Sequence record: OQ703618.1 | DNA length: 64,000 nt | Reading direction: 5' to 3' (one strand) | Source: Escherichia phage GADS24 | Shown here: positions 22,950 through 32,989 of the stretch, in pieces | Numbering within the stretch: position 1 is the stretch's first letter | How the letters are laid out: each line of letters opens with the position of its first letter | Position numbers and translations under genes: made by a program | Notes under the pieces: model-generated | What the model was told of the DNA's origin: nothing | Database searches by the model: none | What the model saw: the letters and a program-made list of their open reading frames with translations, nothing else

Positions 22950-23347
22950 TACACTCTATTGCTTGATGCTAACTGAAGTTTGATTTGTTCGATATCATCA
23001 GGGTTATCTACGACCGAAAATCTAATCTCTACTATAACCGTATAGTCATCATATACTGGCGTTACACTTACAGAAAGTTTGTCGATGCGTGGCTCATAGT
23101 TACGGACGGCTGCCTGGATATTACGCTCAATCGTATCGGCTGTAAGTGGTGTCATGTTCTCGAAAAGTTCATCAACCAAATCGCATCCAAATTCAGGGTC
23201 GAAGGGGCGTGAGCCTTTTCTAGTTGTCACTATACCAAGAAGACTATTTTTAATAGAACGAAGTCCTACAGAACGAGCAACGTCCTTGTTCCAATCCATA
23301 CGCATTTCTGGGTCGATATCTGAATAAAGTTTATTGATATTGGACAT
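22949..23347 (-). CDS. 25: Baseplate wedge protein gp25
   Basis: 132 aa, same length as T4 gp25. Confidence 0.9.
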   Translation of the reverse strand: MSNINKLYSDIDPEMRMDWNKDVARSVGLRSIKNSLLGIVTTRKGSRPFDPEFGCDLVDELFENMTPLTADTIERNIQAAVRNYEPRIDKLSVSVTPVYDDYTVIVEIRFSVVDNPDDIEQIKLQLASSNRV

Positions 23348-23973
23348 TATAATAACTCAAAGAATTCTTTGAGGCCTCGTATTGTGTGAACGTGTGACGC
23401 CCCACATTTGGGACATTTAATAGGGGTTGCCAGATAAATTGATGGCGATACTAAAAGATTTTTAATATTGATCATGTCATCTTCTGTTATAAGGCCGTAA
23501 AGGTCGTTTATTTCTGCTTCAGTTAAATCTTCAACAGGGATGGACTCTCCATTGACAAAAACTGCCTCAATACATGAAGCAATCATTAATGCGATATTTT
23601 TATCGTCAAATAATTTAGGTTGACGGAACTTAATTTTAATACCACTGAACGAATACCAGGGATCGGCCTGTTCATCTAATTGAGTGTGCAATAAATTCAT
23701 ATAGACTTGAAATGAATGCCCACAGGAACAATTCCAGGTGTGTTCTTGATTCACTTCACCTAATGAATGTGCCCACAGATTTACCAACAATAACTCGGCT
23801 TCTTGTTTAGTCAAGTTTTTAGCGTTAGAGCAATTAGTGATAATATTGTTCACTGCTGATTCAATAGTACCGGTAGCGCGCGCACCTATGAGTCCTAAAT
23901 ATTCTTTTAAAGTAAAGGCTCTACAATTCACTTCTTTATCGCCTAAACGTACGGTAAACGTATATTTGTACAT
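23347..23973 (-). CDS. 26: Baseplate hub protein gp26
   Basis: 208 aa, same length as T4 gp26. Confidence 0.85.
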   Translation of the reverse strand: MYKYTFTVRLGDKEVNCRAFTLKEYLGLIGARATGTIESAVNNIITNCSNAKNLTKQEAELLLVNLWAHSLGEVNQEHTWNCSCGHSFQVYMNLLHTQLDEQADPWYSFSGIKIKFRQPKLFDDKNIALMIASCIEAVFVNGESIPVEDLTEAEINDLYGLITEDDMINIKNLLVSPSIYLATPIKCPKCGASHVHTIRGLKEFFELL

Positions 23974-23991
23974 GTTAACTCCTTTATTGAG

Positions 23992-24003
23992 TATTTATAA
24001 ATA
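23992..24003. promoter_or_regulatory. Overlapping divergent late promoters for gene 26 (minus) and gene 51 (plus)
   Basis: TATTTATAAATA contains TATAAATA on both strands, sitting between divergent genes. Confidence 0.65.
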
Positions 24004-24020
24004 ATAGAAAAGGAGTAATT

Positions 24021-24773
24021 ATGGCTAATATAATTCGTTGTAAATTACCGGATGGTGTTCATCGTTTTAAGCCGTTCACTGTGGCGGATTATAGAGACTT
24101 TTTACTAGTTAGAAATGATATCGAACATCGTTCGCCGCAAGAACAAAAAGAAATAATTGCCGATCTGATTGATGATTATTTTGGCGAGTACCCTAAAACA
24201 TGGCAACCATTTATATTCCTGCAAGTTTTTGCAGGCTCTATAGGCAAAACAAAAGTTCCCGTTATTTTCACTTGCCCTAAATGCTCTAAAGAAAAAACTG
24301 CACCATTTGAGATATATCAAAAAGAATTAGTCGAACCTGAACTTGATGTTGCTGGTATAAAAATACGTTTTTCTTTCCCTGAAAAGTTTTATGACAATAA
24401 AGCATTAATGATAAGTGAAAACATAAAAGAAATATATTATAATGACGAATGGTACCCATGGAATGATTTGACTGAAGAGAACCAAATCCAAGTAATAGAA
24501 GCAATAGACATTGACTCGCTCGAGAAGGTTATTGCTTCTATGAACCCTATTAATTTGACCCTTAGATTAGGTTGTTGTGAACGTCATGTTAAAACATATA
24601 CTGATATCTTAGAGGTTTTTAAATTGTTAGTTAACCCTGATGAGATTTTTACATTCTATCAGATAAACCATTCACTAGTAAAGAGTCAATACACATTGGA
24701 TTCTATTATGCAAATGATTCCTGTTGAACGTGGTATTGCTTTAACATTAGTAGAAAAGGACCATAAAAAATGA
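24021..24773 (+). CDS. 51: Baseplate hub assembly protein gp51
   Basis: 250 aa, divergent from 26 as in T4. Confidence 0.85.
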   Translation: MANIIRCKLPDGVHRFKPFTVADYRDFLLVRNDIEHRSPQEQKEIIADLIDDYFGEYPKTWQPFIFLQVFAGSIGKTKVPVIFTCPKCSKEKTAPFEIYQKELVEPELDVAGIKIRFSFPEKFYDNKALMISENIKEIYYNDEWYPWNDLTEENQIQVIEAIDIDSLEKVIASMNPINLTLRLGCCERHVKTYTDILEVFKLLVNPDEIFTFYQINHSLVKSQYTLDSIMQMIPVERGIALTLVEKDHKK

Positions 24774-25942
24774 CAGTATTCCAACGTCCAGGATATCCTA
24801 ACTTAAGCGTTAAATTATACCAAGATTATTCGGCTTGGCAAGAAAATAGATACGTTGAACTCGCAGCAACAATAACAACTTTAACCATGCGAGATTCGTT
24901 ATATGGAAGAAATGAAGGGATTCTTCAATTTTATGACACTAAAAACATTCACACTAAAATGGACGGTAGACAGATAGTCCAAATCTCTGTTTCAAATTCA
25001 AACACACCTCTCCAAGTTAGAACTCGAATTTACGGATGTAGACATTATTCTGTGTCTGTGGACTCAAAAGGTGACAATATTATTGCAATTGAGCTTGGAA
25101 CAATACATTCTATAGAGAACCTTAAATTTGGGCGACCATTCTTCTCAGACGCAGGAGAATCTATACGTGAAATGTTAGGTGTCATATATAAAGACCGTAC
25201 GTTAATTACTCCGCCAATAAACACTATTAACGCTTATGTTCCTGATATTCCTTGGACAAGCACATTTGATGATTATTTGGCATATGTCAGAGAATTAGGA
25301 CTTGCTACAGCGAGTGATAAGTTCGTATTCGTATGGCAAGATATTTTAGGCGTAAACATGATTGACTATGATACTCTTATTGGTCAGGAAGGCATTAAGA
25401 TGATTGTAGGCGAGCCAAATACTGTAGGTCAGTATATTCAAGAGCTTGAGTATCCATTAGTATGGGATTTCACCTGGATGACTAAAGCTAACCAATTTAC
25501 AAGAGACCCTATTAAAAACGCCACGATATTCGCTCATTCATTTTTAGATACATCTATTCCGGTTATTGTTACAGGTGATGGTGATAATGCTATTCTTGTG
25601 TCAAGATCCGGTGGATATTCCGAAATGACCTATCGTAATGGATTTGAAGAAGCAAGTCGTCTTCAGACAATGGCTCAATATGATGGATATGCTAAATGCA
25701 CTACTACAGGTAATTTTAACATAACGCCTGCTACTAAAATTATATTTGTTGACCAAAAGAACCAATTCAAATCCGAATTTTACGTCGATGAAGTTATTCA
25801 TGAGTTATCAAATAACAACTCACAAACTCATCTGTACATGTTTACCAACTCAATGGTGTTAGAACCTGTTAACCCAGTTAAGGTTAAAAATGAACTTAAA
25901 TCTGATTCTACCTCTAAAGAAAATAATTCTACCACAGTCTAA
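24770..25942 (+). CDS. 27: Baseplate hub protein gp27
   Basis: 390 aa (T4 391 aa). Confidence 0.9.
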   Translation: MTVFQRPGYPNLSVKLYQDYSAWQENRYVELAATITTLTMRDSLYGRNEGILQFYDTKNIHTKMDGRQIVQISVSNSNTPLQVRTRIYGCRHYSVSVDSKGDNIIAIELGTIHSIENLKFGRPFFSDAGESIREMLGVIYKDRTLITPPINTINAYVPDIPWTSTFDDYLAYVRELGLATASDKFVFVWQDILGVNMIDYDTLIGQEGIKMIVGEPNTVGQYIQELEYPLVWDFTWMTKANQFTRDPIKNATIFAHSFLDTSIPVIVTGDGDNAILVSRSGGYSEMTYRNGFEEASRLQTMAQYDGYAKCTTTGNFNITPATKIIFVDQKNQFKSEFYVDEVIHELSNNNSQTHLYMFTNSMVLEPVNPVKVKNELKSDSTSKENNSTTV

Positions 25943-26423
25943 TAAAAAGGTAATGATTCCCAAATTAGGGCTCAAACATTATAATCTTTTAAAGGACGTT
26001 AAAGGTCCTGACGAAAACATGAAAATCTTAGCTGATTCTATTTGTAAAAATATGAGTCCTGCAGATTTTGATTTTGCATGTCTACACATATTGGAATTTA
26101 ATAACAAACTTAAGTCTGAAGTTGAAAAAGACGGATTCACTTATAAACTAGATGACGTCTACGTATGCCAACGAACAGAATTCCAATTTCAAGGTAATAC
26201 TTTTTATTTTAGACCACCAGGTAAATTTGAACAATTCGCTACAATTAGTGAAATGCTATCAAATTGCTTAATAAAAGTTAATGACGAAGAGAAAGAAATT
26301 TCTTTCCTTGAGATGCCTGCTTTTGTAATCAAATGGGCAGAAGACCTTTCGACAACTATTGCTATTCCAGGCCCTAATGGCCCTATTAAGGGTATAGCAG
26401 AAATTATTGGATTGCTTGAATGA
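25890..26423 (+). CDS. 28: Baseplate hub distal protein gp28
   Basis: 177 aa, same length as T4 gp28; start overlaps gene 27. Confidence 0.8.
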   Translation: MNLNLILPLKKIILPQSNKKVMIPKLGLKHYNLLKDVKGPDENMKILADSICKNMSPADFDFACLHILEFNNKLKSEVEKDGFTYKLDDVYVCQRTEFQFQGNTFYFRPPGKFEQFATISEMLSNCLIKVNDEEKEISFLEMPAFVIKWAEDLSTTIAIPGPNGPIKGIAEIIGLLE

Positions 26424-28192
26424 AACCTGAAGAAATGAAATCCATGCGTAGAAATAAGGTCATTGCCGATAATAAACCACAAAAAGTAGCTGCAACAGCA
26501 GCTACCGATTCATTAGAAGCATTGAATGACATTTCAACAAAACTAGACGATGTCCAAGCCGCGTCTGAACTCACATCACAAAGTGTAGAAGATAAAGGCA
26601 ATGGAATTATTGAATCGATTGGAGACTTAAAGAATTCGACAGATAATACTGCTGAAGGCACAGAGCTTATCGCAGAAGTTATTGAAAAACAAACTGAAGT
26701 CGCTAAAAGTATAAACGAAGTTTCTAGTGCAATAAGCTCTAAGTTAGATCGATTAGCTACATTATTAGAGCAAAAATTACAAACATCTACCGCTATTCAA
26801 AATACAGGAGGCACCTCTCTTGAAGTAATTGAGAACGCAATACCTGTTAAAGTGGTTGAGAATGAAACTTCTGATGAGCTGTTTAAAGCATTACCTACGC
26901 CTGAAAAGATTGATAATAAGCCAGACGAAGATTTCTTCCCGGCCCCGGTTCAAGAAAGTGCTAATTCTACTTCCGATTCTAAAGGCGGAATTAGTTTTAA
27001 ATTGAGCGATAAAATTGCAATGCTCACCAAAACAGTTCAAACCGGGTTTAATAAATCAATATCAATTTCAGACAGAATTGCTGGAATGCTTTTCAAATAC
27101 ACTATAACGGCTGCTATTGAAGCAGCAAAAATGGCCGCACTTATTCTTGGTATTGTTATCGGTATTGATTTATTGATAGTCCATTTCAAATATTGGACAG
27201 ACAAGTTCACTTCTGCCTGGGATTTATTTGATGAAAACTTTACTAAATTCTCCGATGAAGCTAAAGAGTGGGGTAAATTCTTAAGTGATATATTCACTTC
27301 TATTGACTCGATAAAACAATTGTGGGAAGCTGGAGACTGGGGCGGTTTAACAGTTGCTATTGTCAAAGGTGTAGGAACAGCATTAATGAACTTAGGCGAA
27401 CTAATTCAATTAGGAATGGCTAAACTCTCCGCGTCTATATTGCGTGCTATAGGTTTTGGTGATACCGCGGACGAAATAGAAGGACGTGCTTTGGAAGGAT
27501 TCCAAGAAACTACTGGGAACAAATTAAAGAAAGAAGACCAAGAGAAAGTCGCTAAATATCAAATGAAACGTGACGATGGGGAATTAGGAACCGTTTCTAA
27601 AGGTCTTGATATGTTACAACGCGGCAAAACATTCGTTACTAACTGGGTTCGTGGTAATGACAATAAAGAAGAGTTTAGTACAAGCGATGAGCGTGCTGCG
27701 GAATCAGCAAAATTAAAAGAGTTACCTGAAGAGGAGCGTAAAGAGGCGTATATAAAAGCTAATGAAACTCGTGCGGCACTGGTTAGATTTGAGGATTATA
27801 TCGATAAAATCGATATGACTAATCCGGAAAATGCTAAAAACGTCGAGAAGTCTTATGCTGATTTAAGTAAACTTATTAAAGACCCTGAACTTAATAAAAC
27901 TCCTGTTGTTAAAAAGGAATTAGATGCTAGATTTGAAAAGCTAAATAATAAAATGGCTGAAGCCAAAAAGGCTCAGACGACAGTTAAGCCTGAATCTTCG
28001 ACTAAATCTCCGGAAGCAAAACAAGTTCAGTCAATAGAGAAAGGACGTGCTTCTGAATCTAAACAACAGCAACCGGTAGCGGCGATTAGTAACACAAATA
28101 ATGTCGTCAAAAAGAATACCGTAGTCCAGAATATGACCCCTGTAACAAGTACAACGGCTCCTGGAATTTTCCATGCCACCGGTGTTAATTAA
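26420..28192 (+). CDS. 29: Tail length tape measure / baseplate hub protein gp29
   Basis: 590 aa, same length as T4 gp29. Confidence 0.9.
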   Translation: MKPEEMKSMRRNKVIADNKPQKVAATAATDSLEALNDISTKLDDVQAASELTSQSVEDKGNGIIESIGDLKNSTDNTAEGTELIAEVIEKQTEVAKSINEVSSAISSKLDRLATLLEQKLQTSTAIQNTGGTSLEVIENAIPVKVVENETSDELFKALPTPEKIDNKPDEDFFPAPVQESANSTSDSKGGISFKLSDKIAMLTKTVQTGFNKSISISDRIAGMLFKYTITAAIEAAKMAALILGIVIGIDLLIVHFKYWTDKFTSAWDLFDENFTKFSDEAKEWGKFLSDIFTSIDSIKQLWEAGDWGGLTVAIVKGVGTALMNLGELIQLGMAKLSASILRAIGFGDTADEIEGRALEGFQETTGNKLKKEDQEKVAKYQMKRDDGELGTVSKGLDMLQRGKTFVTNWVRGNDNKEEFSTSDERAAESAKLKELPEEERKEAYIKANETRAALVRFEDYIDKIDMTNPENAKNVEKSYADLSKLIKDPELNKTPVVKKELDARFEKLNNKMAEAKKAQTTVKPESSTKSPEAKQVQSIEKGRASESKQQQPVAAISNTNNVVKKNTVVQNMTPVTSTTAPGIFHATGVN

Positions 28193-28200
28193 GGATTATT

Positions 28201-29310
28201 ATGATTAGTGTAAAAGAAATAGTAGTAGATGCAAAGGATTTAAATAAAGCAATCCCAGTCTCAGAAAGTGCTGGGCAAAGCACTAAAACCGAAACAACTA
28301 CTAAAACTTATGTTGCTCAATTTCCTACAGGAAGAGCAGCCGGAAATGACTCCACAGGAGACTTCCAGGTAACAGACCTTTATAAGAATGGATTATTATT
28401 TACCGCGTACAATATGTCTGCACGCGATTCAGGATCCCTCAGGAATTTACGTCCAGCATATGCCGGCACTTCATCTAATGGTATCATATCAGATTTAACT
28501 GATAATGTGAAAGATGCAGTGACTAAATTCTCTAATGGGTTGCTTCCTGCTGGAGCTAATAAACCTACTATAAATAAAACTCCTGTTGCTAATATACTTT
28601 TGCCACGTTCCAAATCTGATGTTGATACAACTTCACATCGTTTTAATGATATCGGCGATAGCCTTATTACTAAAGGTGGAGGTACTGCTACGGGTGTTTT
28701 AAGTAACATTGCTTCTACTGCAGTTTTTGGTGCATTAGATTCTATTACTCAAGGGCTTATGGCTGATAATAACGAACAGATTTATACGACTTCTCGTAGT
28801 ATGTATGGCGGTGCTGAGAACCGTACTAAAGTCTTTACATGGGATTTAACTCCGCGTTCAACTGAAGACCTTATGGCTATTATAAACATTTACCAGTATT
28901 TTAACTATTTCTCATATGGTGAGACCGGTAAATCACAGTACGCCCAAGAGATTAAAAGTTATTTAGACGAATGGTACCGTTCAACGTTTATTGAGCCTAT
29001 GACGCCAGACGATGCAGTAAAAAATAAGACATTGTTTGAAAAGATTACTGCGTCATTAACAAATGTATTAGTTGTAAGCAACCCTACAATTTGGATGGTT
29101 AAAAACTTTGGTTATACGTCTAAATTTGATGGATTAACTGATGTATTTGGCCCATGTCAAATTCAAAGCGTACGTTTTGATAAAACTCCAAACGGACAAT
29201 TTAATGGACTCGCTGTTGCTCCTAACTTACCGTCAACATTTACGTTAGAGATAACAATGCGAGAAATTATTACATTAAACCGTTCTTCACTTTATGCGGG
29301 GACTTTCTAA
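28201..29310 (+). CDS. 48: Baseplate-tail tube junction protein gp48
   Basis: 369 aa, T4 synteny. Confidence 0.9.
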   Translation: MISVKEIVVDAKDLNKAIPVSESAGQSTKTETTTKTYVAQFPTGRAAGNDSTGDFQVTDLYKNGLLFTAYNMSARDSGSLRNLRPAYAGTSSNGIISDLTDNVKDAVTKFSNGLLPAGANKPTINKTPVANILLPRSKSDVDTTSHRFNDIGDSLITKGGGTATGVLSNIASTAVFGALDSITQGLMADNNEQIYTTSRSMYGGAENRTKVFTWDLTPRSTEDLMAIINIYQYFNYFSYGETGKSQYAQEIKSYLDEWYRSTFIEPMTPDDAVKNKTLFEKITASLTNVLVVSNPTIWMVKNFGYTSKFDGLTDVFGPCQIQSVRFDKTPNGQFNGLAVAPNLPSTFTLEITMREIITLNRSSLYAGTF

Positions 29311-30272
29311 TGTACTCTTTAGAAGAATTTAATAACCAAGCTATAAATGCAGATTTCCAACGAAACAATATGTTTAGTTGTGTATTTGCTACTACACCAT
29401 CGACTAAATCATCTTCACTAATTTCGTCAATTGGTAGTTTTGCTTATAATAACTTAGGGTTGAATTCTGATTGGTTAGGATTGACTCAAGGTGATATCAA
29501 TCAGGGCGTAACAACCCTGATTACAGCAGGAACACAGAAATTAATTCGAAAATCAGGTGTAAGTAAATATCTGATTGGAGCAATGAGTCAACGTACGGTA
29601 CAAAGCTTGTTAGGTGAGTTCACAGTAGGAGCTTATCTGATAGACTTCTTCAATATGGCATATAATAATACAGGTTTAATGATTTATTCTGTAAAAATGC
29701 CTGAGAACCGATTATCTTATGAAACAGATTTCAACTATAACTCACCGAACATCCGAATTACCGGTCGTGAAATGGACCCGTTAGTAATAAGCTTTAGAAT
29801 GGATTCTGAGGCATCTAACTTTAGAGCAATGCAAGACTGGGTAAACTCAGTCCAAGACCCTGTAACAGGTCTTCGTGCTTTACCACAAGACGTCGAAGCA
29901 GATATTCAGGTTAATTTACATGCACGAAATGGTTTACCACATACCGCTGTCATGTTCACCGGATGTATTCCTGTTAGTGTCTCTTCTCCTGAGTTAACGT
30001 ATGATGGTGATAATCAGATAACAGTTTTTGATGTAACATTTGCTTATCGCGTTATGCAATCAGGTGCTGTAAATAGACAGGCTGCTTTAGAATGGCTGGA
30101 ATCAGGACTTATTAGTAGTGTTTCAGGAATGTTTGGAAATAATCAGAATGATTCTGGTCTAGGAAGCGCAGTATCAAGACTTTCTAGATTAGGTGGGACT
30201 GCTGGAGGTGTGTCTAATATAAACACATTGACAGGTGTGGTGAATTCTGCGTCAAGAGTTTTAGGACTATAA
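29310..30272 (+). CDS. 54: Baseplate-tail tube initiator gp54
   Basis: 320 aa, same length as T4 gp54. Confidence 0.9.
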   Translation: MYSLEEFNNQAINADFQRNNMFSCVFATTPSTKSSSLISSIGSFAYNNLGLNSDWLGLTQGDINQGVTTLITAGTQKLIRKSGVSKYLIGAMSQRTVQSLLGEFTVGAYLIDFFNMAYNNTGLMIYSVKMPENRLSYETDFNYNSPNIRITGREMDPLVISFRMDSEASNFRAMQDWVNSVQDPVTGLRALPQDVEADIQVNLHARNGLPHTAVMFTGCIPVSVSSPELTYDGDNQITVFDVTFAYRVMQSGAVNRQAALEWLESGLISSVSGMFGNNQNDSGLGSAVSRLSRLGGTAGGVSNINTLTGVVNSASRVLGL

Positions 30273-30279
30273 GAAAAAG

Positions 30280-30296
30280 GGAGACAACGTCTCCCT
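30280..30296. terminator. Bidirectional hairpin GGGAGAC-aac-GUCUCCC between gene 54 and the convergent minus-strand gene
   Basis: 7-bp stem flanked by A-run and T-run. Confidence 0.7.
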
Positions 30297-30304
30297 TTAG
30301 GGGT

Positions 30305-30598
30305 TTATTTACGGAATGAAAGGAATGCCGGTGCTCGGAATGGAGTATCATCTTTAGAGTATTTAACTAATACGACCATTGGTACCTCTGTTTCTAAATG
30401 ACCTGTCACTACACCCATAAAAATTTGATCAGTGTGCTCAGGGTCACGAAAGTTTTTAAGAGGTTCCATAGCAATATGGAATGCACCTGGGAATACTCGA
30501 TTCAATTCGTCAATCACAGCTTCGTTAAAAACATCATCCGCTGGGATAGCATCTTCAACTACTAGTTCTTGACCATTAAAGCGAAGCATAGATTTCAT
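30305..30598 (-). CDS. Hypothetical protein downstream of alt
   Basis: 97 aa from the internal Met that follows the early-promoter-like element and a GAGGA ribosome-binding site; the 121-aa track ORF extends into alt. Confidence 0.55.
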   Translation of the reverse strand: MKSMLRFNGQELVVEDAIPADDVFNEAVIDELNRVFPGAFHIAMEPLKNFRDPEHTDQIFMGVVTGHLETEVPMVVLVKYSKDDTPFRAPAFLSFRK

Positions 30599-30627
30599 AA
30601 CGTTTTCCTCATGTTGTTGATGGGATG

Positions 30628-30657
30628 ATAGTATCACACATCCATGTGTTTGTAAAC
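30628..30657 (-). promoter_or_regulatory. Early-type promoter (GTTTAC / TGATACTAT family)
   Basis: Same conserved element followed by GAGGAAA and ATG. Confidence 0.6.
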
Positions 30658-32744
30658 TATCCTTGGACAAATTTAAACGGAACTGATTCTAAATCCATTA
30701 AAGATGCTAACAATTTCAATCCTTTAGGAGCACTAGTTTTTTCTACAAATGAGGAGAACGATACCGGCTCATCTGATTCGATTTCACCCGTCATAGCAAC
30801 CACCTCGCCTGTTTCCATGAGAACATCACCATCGTAAATGACAGCTTCGTCCAACTGGTCCGAGGACATGACTTCAGCTTGAATAAATTTAAGGTTGGAT
30901 TCTAAACCTGCACCAGTGTCAGATGACGCATCTGTAATTTTATTTATCTGCAAGAGAATGCCTCTAGGCAAAATAATTTCTTGCTCATTAGGGTGATTAC
31001 TCAACTGTCCCGGATAAATCACGTTAACTTTATGGGCGCCATCAATAGCCCATCCAACGTTAACACGGATTTGTTCTGGTGCATGCATAGCTGTTCTTAC
31101 TTGGCTAGGAGAAATAGTAACACCTTCGTCATTATTATCAATGTTAAGCTCTTTGCGAACTTCTTCAGGAGCAAGTCCAAGGGCAACGTTCTCTTTAAAC
31201 CCGCCGAAAATAATAGGAGCTAGTGAAGTGGAAACATAGTTTCTGAAGTAGAATACCTTATTTTTAACCATTGCTTCGTAAATAGGCATTCTGATAGACT
31301 GAGCTCTATATAACGTTAGTCCTTCAGGTAAACGGTCTCCATTTAAAAACGCTGAATCAAGACCATCAATAGCGCGTTTAACTTCATCTTCATCTGCAAC
31401 ATCGTAAAAATCCGGTTTATAACGACCTAACAACATATTATTGATATCGATATACGCAGAAGAGGCATATTCACGAATAGCTCGTTTTTCAGCAACAGAG
31501 TATTGTTTAGGGTCCCGATTCATTGTTATATTAAAGGTGCCTCTAGCCGATTCTCGTGCATAAGTATACATCACATTAGACAAGAACGCTGATTTACGTT
31601 GTTTCCAAGTTCTTTCAGATACTTCAGCTAAAACGTCGTCAGGCAGTTGGAAATTATCGCGTCTAAAATCTTCAAACCATTCGTCTTTAATAGAGTCTGC
31701 AATTTCATTTGCAGCTTCAACAAAAGCAGCTAATGCTTTAACAGATGTTGTTTTTTCGGTTTTAATTTTCTTAGCAAACTTTTCTAAAGTCGGCTTAATA
31801 ACACTACCATAAGAAACTTCATCGGCAAATTTAAAGGATTCATCAATACGATTATAAATCTTATTTTCGATATCAGCAACTAAAGTGCCTTTTGCTGTGG
31901 ACGATGCTTGAGCTAGTACAATTTCATATGCTTCAGGAAGTAATTCGGCTGTAGCTGGGCCACTAACTTCTTTAGCAGAATTTTCATATTTCTGGAATAA
32001 CTCACCTTCTTGGCGGTCAGCTTCTAAAGATTGACTTGCTGCAATAGCACGACGAGAAATTTTAGTGCGAGCAATAACAGGCTTATCTTTACGTTTTTCT
32101 TCTACAGCAGCAATAGAACCAGCGATAGCCGTTTCTTTGGTGACCTTTTCGCCAGTCTTTTTACTCACATAAACTTCGCCAACATCAGAATCTACTTTCG
32201 TGTACAACTCTGTGTTAATGTTAGGGATGCCTTTAATATCTTCAATGTTGGCATTTTTACGGACCATCATCACATAGGTGTGTTTACCTGTGAATTGATA
32301 CATTGCCGACAATACTTTAAAACGACCACCGGTTTTAGTAGAAACTAAACGAGCAAGAAGAGTTTGAAGTTGCTGTCCGCGTCCTTTCAATTTCTTGGTA
32401 GGGAATCGGAACAGAACTGCATCCATACGAAGAGCTTTAACCTGCTCATATACTGTATTGAAAATGGTGTTGATTGCATCAATAGGAGCAGGACCAAGGC
32501 CATTTTTCAATTCAGCGAGATTACCCTTTTCAGACAGACTCATAATAACAACATGAGCGTATTTGTCGCCAAGTTTAACTTGTTTTACAGCATCGCCTTC
32601 AGAAAGGTAAGAGAATAAGCGAACTACGATGTTTGTATCAACATCACCAATTTTCCAGACTTGCGGAACTTTAGCTTTAGGGTTCAAATTGACGACAGGA
32701 AGACTGCCTTCAGATTCAAACACTTCATTTAATTGTTCAGACAT
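30657..32744 (-). CDS. alt: Alt ADP-ribosyltransferase (packaged in the head)
   Basis: 695 aa; position next to gene 30; C-terminal region carries ART-like motifs (YVSTS, EQE). Confidence 0.85.
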   Translation of the reverse strand: MSEQLNEVFESEGSLPVVNLNPKAKVPQVWKIGDVDTNIVVRLFSYLSEGDAVKQVKLGDKYAHVVIMSLSEKGNLAELKNGLGPAPIDAINTIFNTVYEQVKALRMDAVLFRFPTKKLKGRGQQLQTLLARLVSTKTGGRFKVLSAMYQFTGKHTYVMMVRKNANIEDIKGIPNINTELYTKVDSDVGEVYVSKKTGEKVTKETAIAGSIAAVEEKRKDKPVIARTKISRRAIAASQSLEADRQEGELFQKYENSAKEVSGPATAELLPEAYEIVLAQASSTAKGTLVADIENKIYNRIDESFKFADEVSYGSVIKPTLEKFAKKIKTEKTTSVKALAAFVEAANEIADSIKDEWFEDFRRDNFQLPDDVLAEVSERTWKQRKSAFLSNVMYTYARESARGTFNITMNRDPKQYSVAEKRAIREYASSAYIDINNMLLGRYKPDFYDVADEDEVKRAIDGLDSAFLNGDRLPEGLTLYRAQSIRMPIYEAMVKNKVFYFRNYVSTSLAPIIFGGFKENVALGLAPEEVRKELNIDNNDEGVTISPSQVRTAMHAPEQIRVNVGWAIDGAHKVNVIYPGQLSNHPNEQEIILPRGILLQINKITDASSDTGAGLESNLKFIQAEVMSSDQLDEAVIYDGDVLMETGEVVAMTGEIESDEPVSFSSFVEKTSAPKGLKLLASLMDLESVPFKFVQG

Positions 32745-32786
32745 AGTGTTTTCCTTTTAGTAATAATTTATATTTATGCCAAAAAA

Positions 32787-32800
32787 GAGCCCGAAGGCTC
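32787..32800 (-). terminator. Hairpin GAGCC-CGAA-GGCUC upstream of alt
   Basis: 5-bp stem with tetraloop, followed by a T-run on the minus strand. Confidence 0.55.
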
Positions 32801-32989
32801 TTAATCTACAATCGGGAGCAAAGTACGATAAACTTCAAAATTAGGGCCTTTTTCGTACTTATCAAAATTGTCCATAAAAATACGATAGGAATCATTATTA
32901 GGAAAATCTAATACAATTTGGGAACAAGAGGTGGAAACATTGCGACCATCTTTATTAGCGACAACTACTGTTTCTAAATAAGCTTTCAT
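32801..32989 (-). CDS. Hypothetical 62-aa protein translationally coupled to DNA ligase
   Basis: ATG overlaps the ligase stop (TAATG); followed by a hairpin terminator. Confidence 0.45.
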   Translation of the reverse strand: MKAYLETVVVANKDGRNVSTSCSQIVLDFPNNDSYRIFMDNFDKYEKGPNFEVYRTLLPIVD

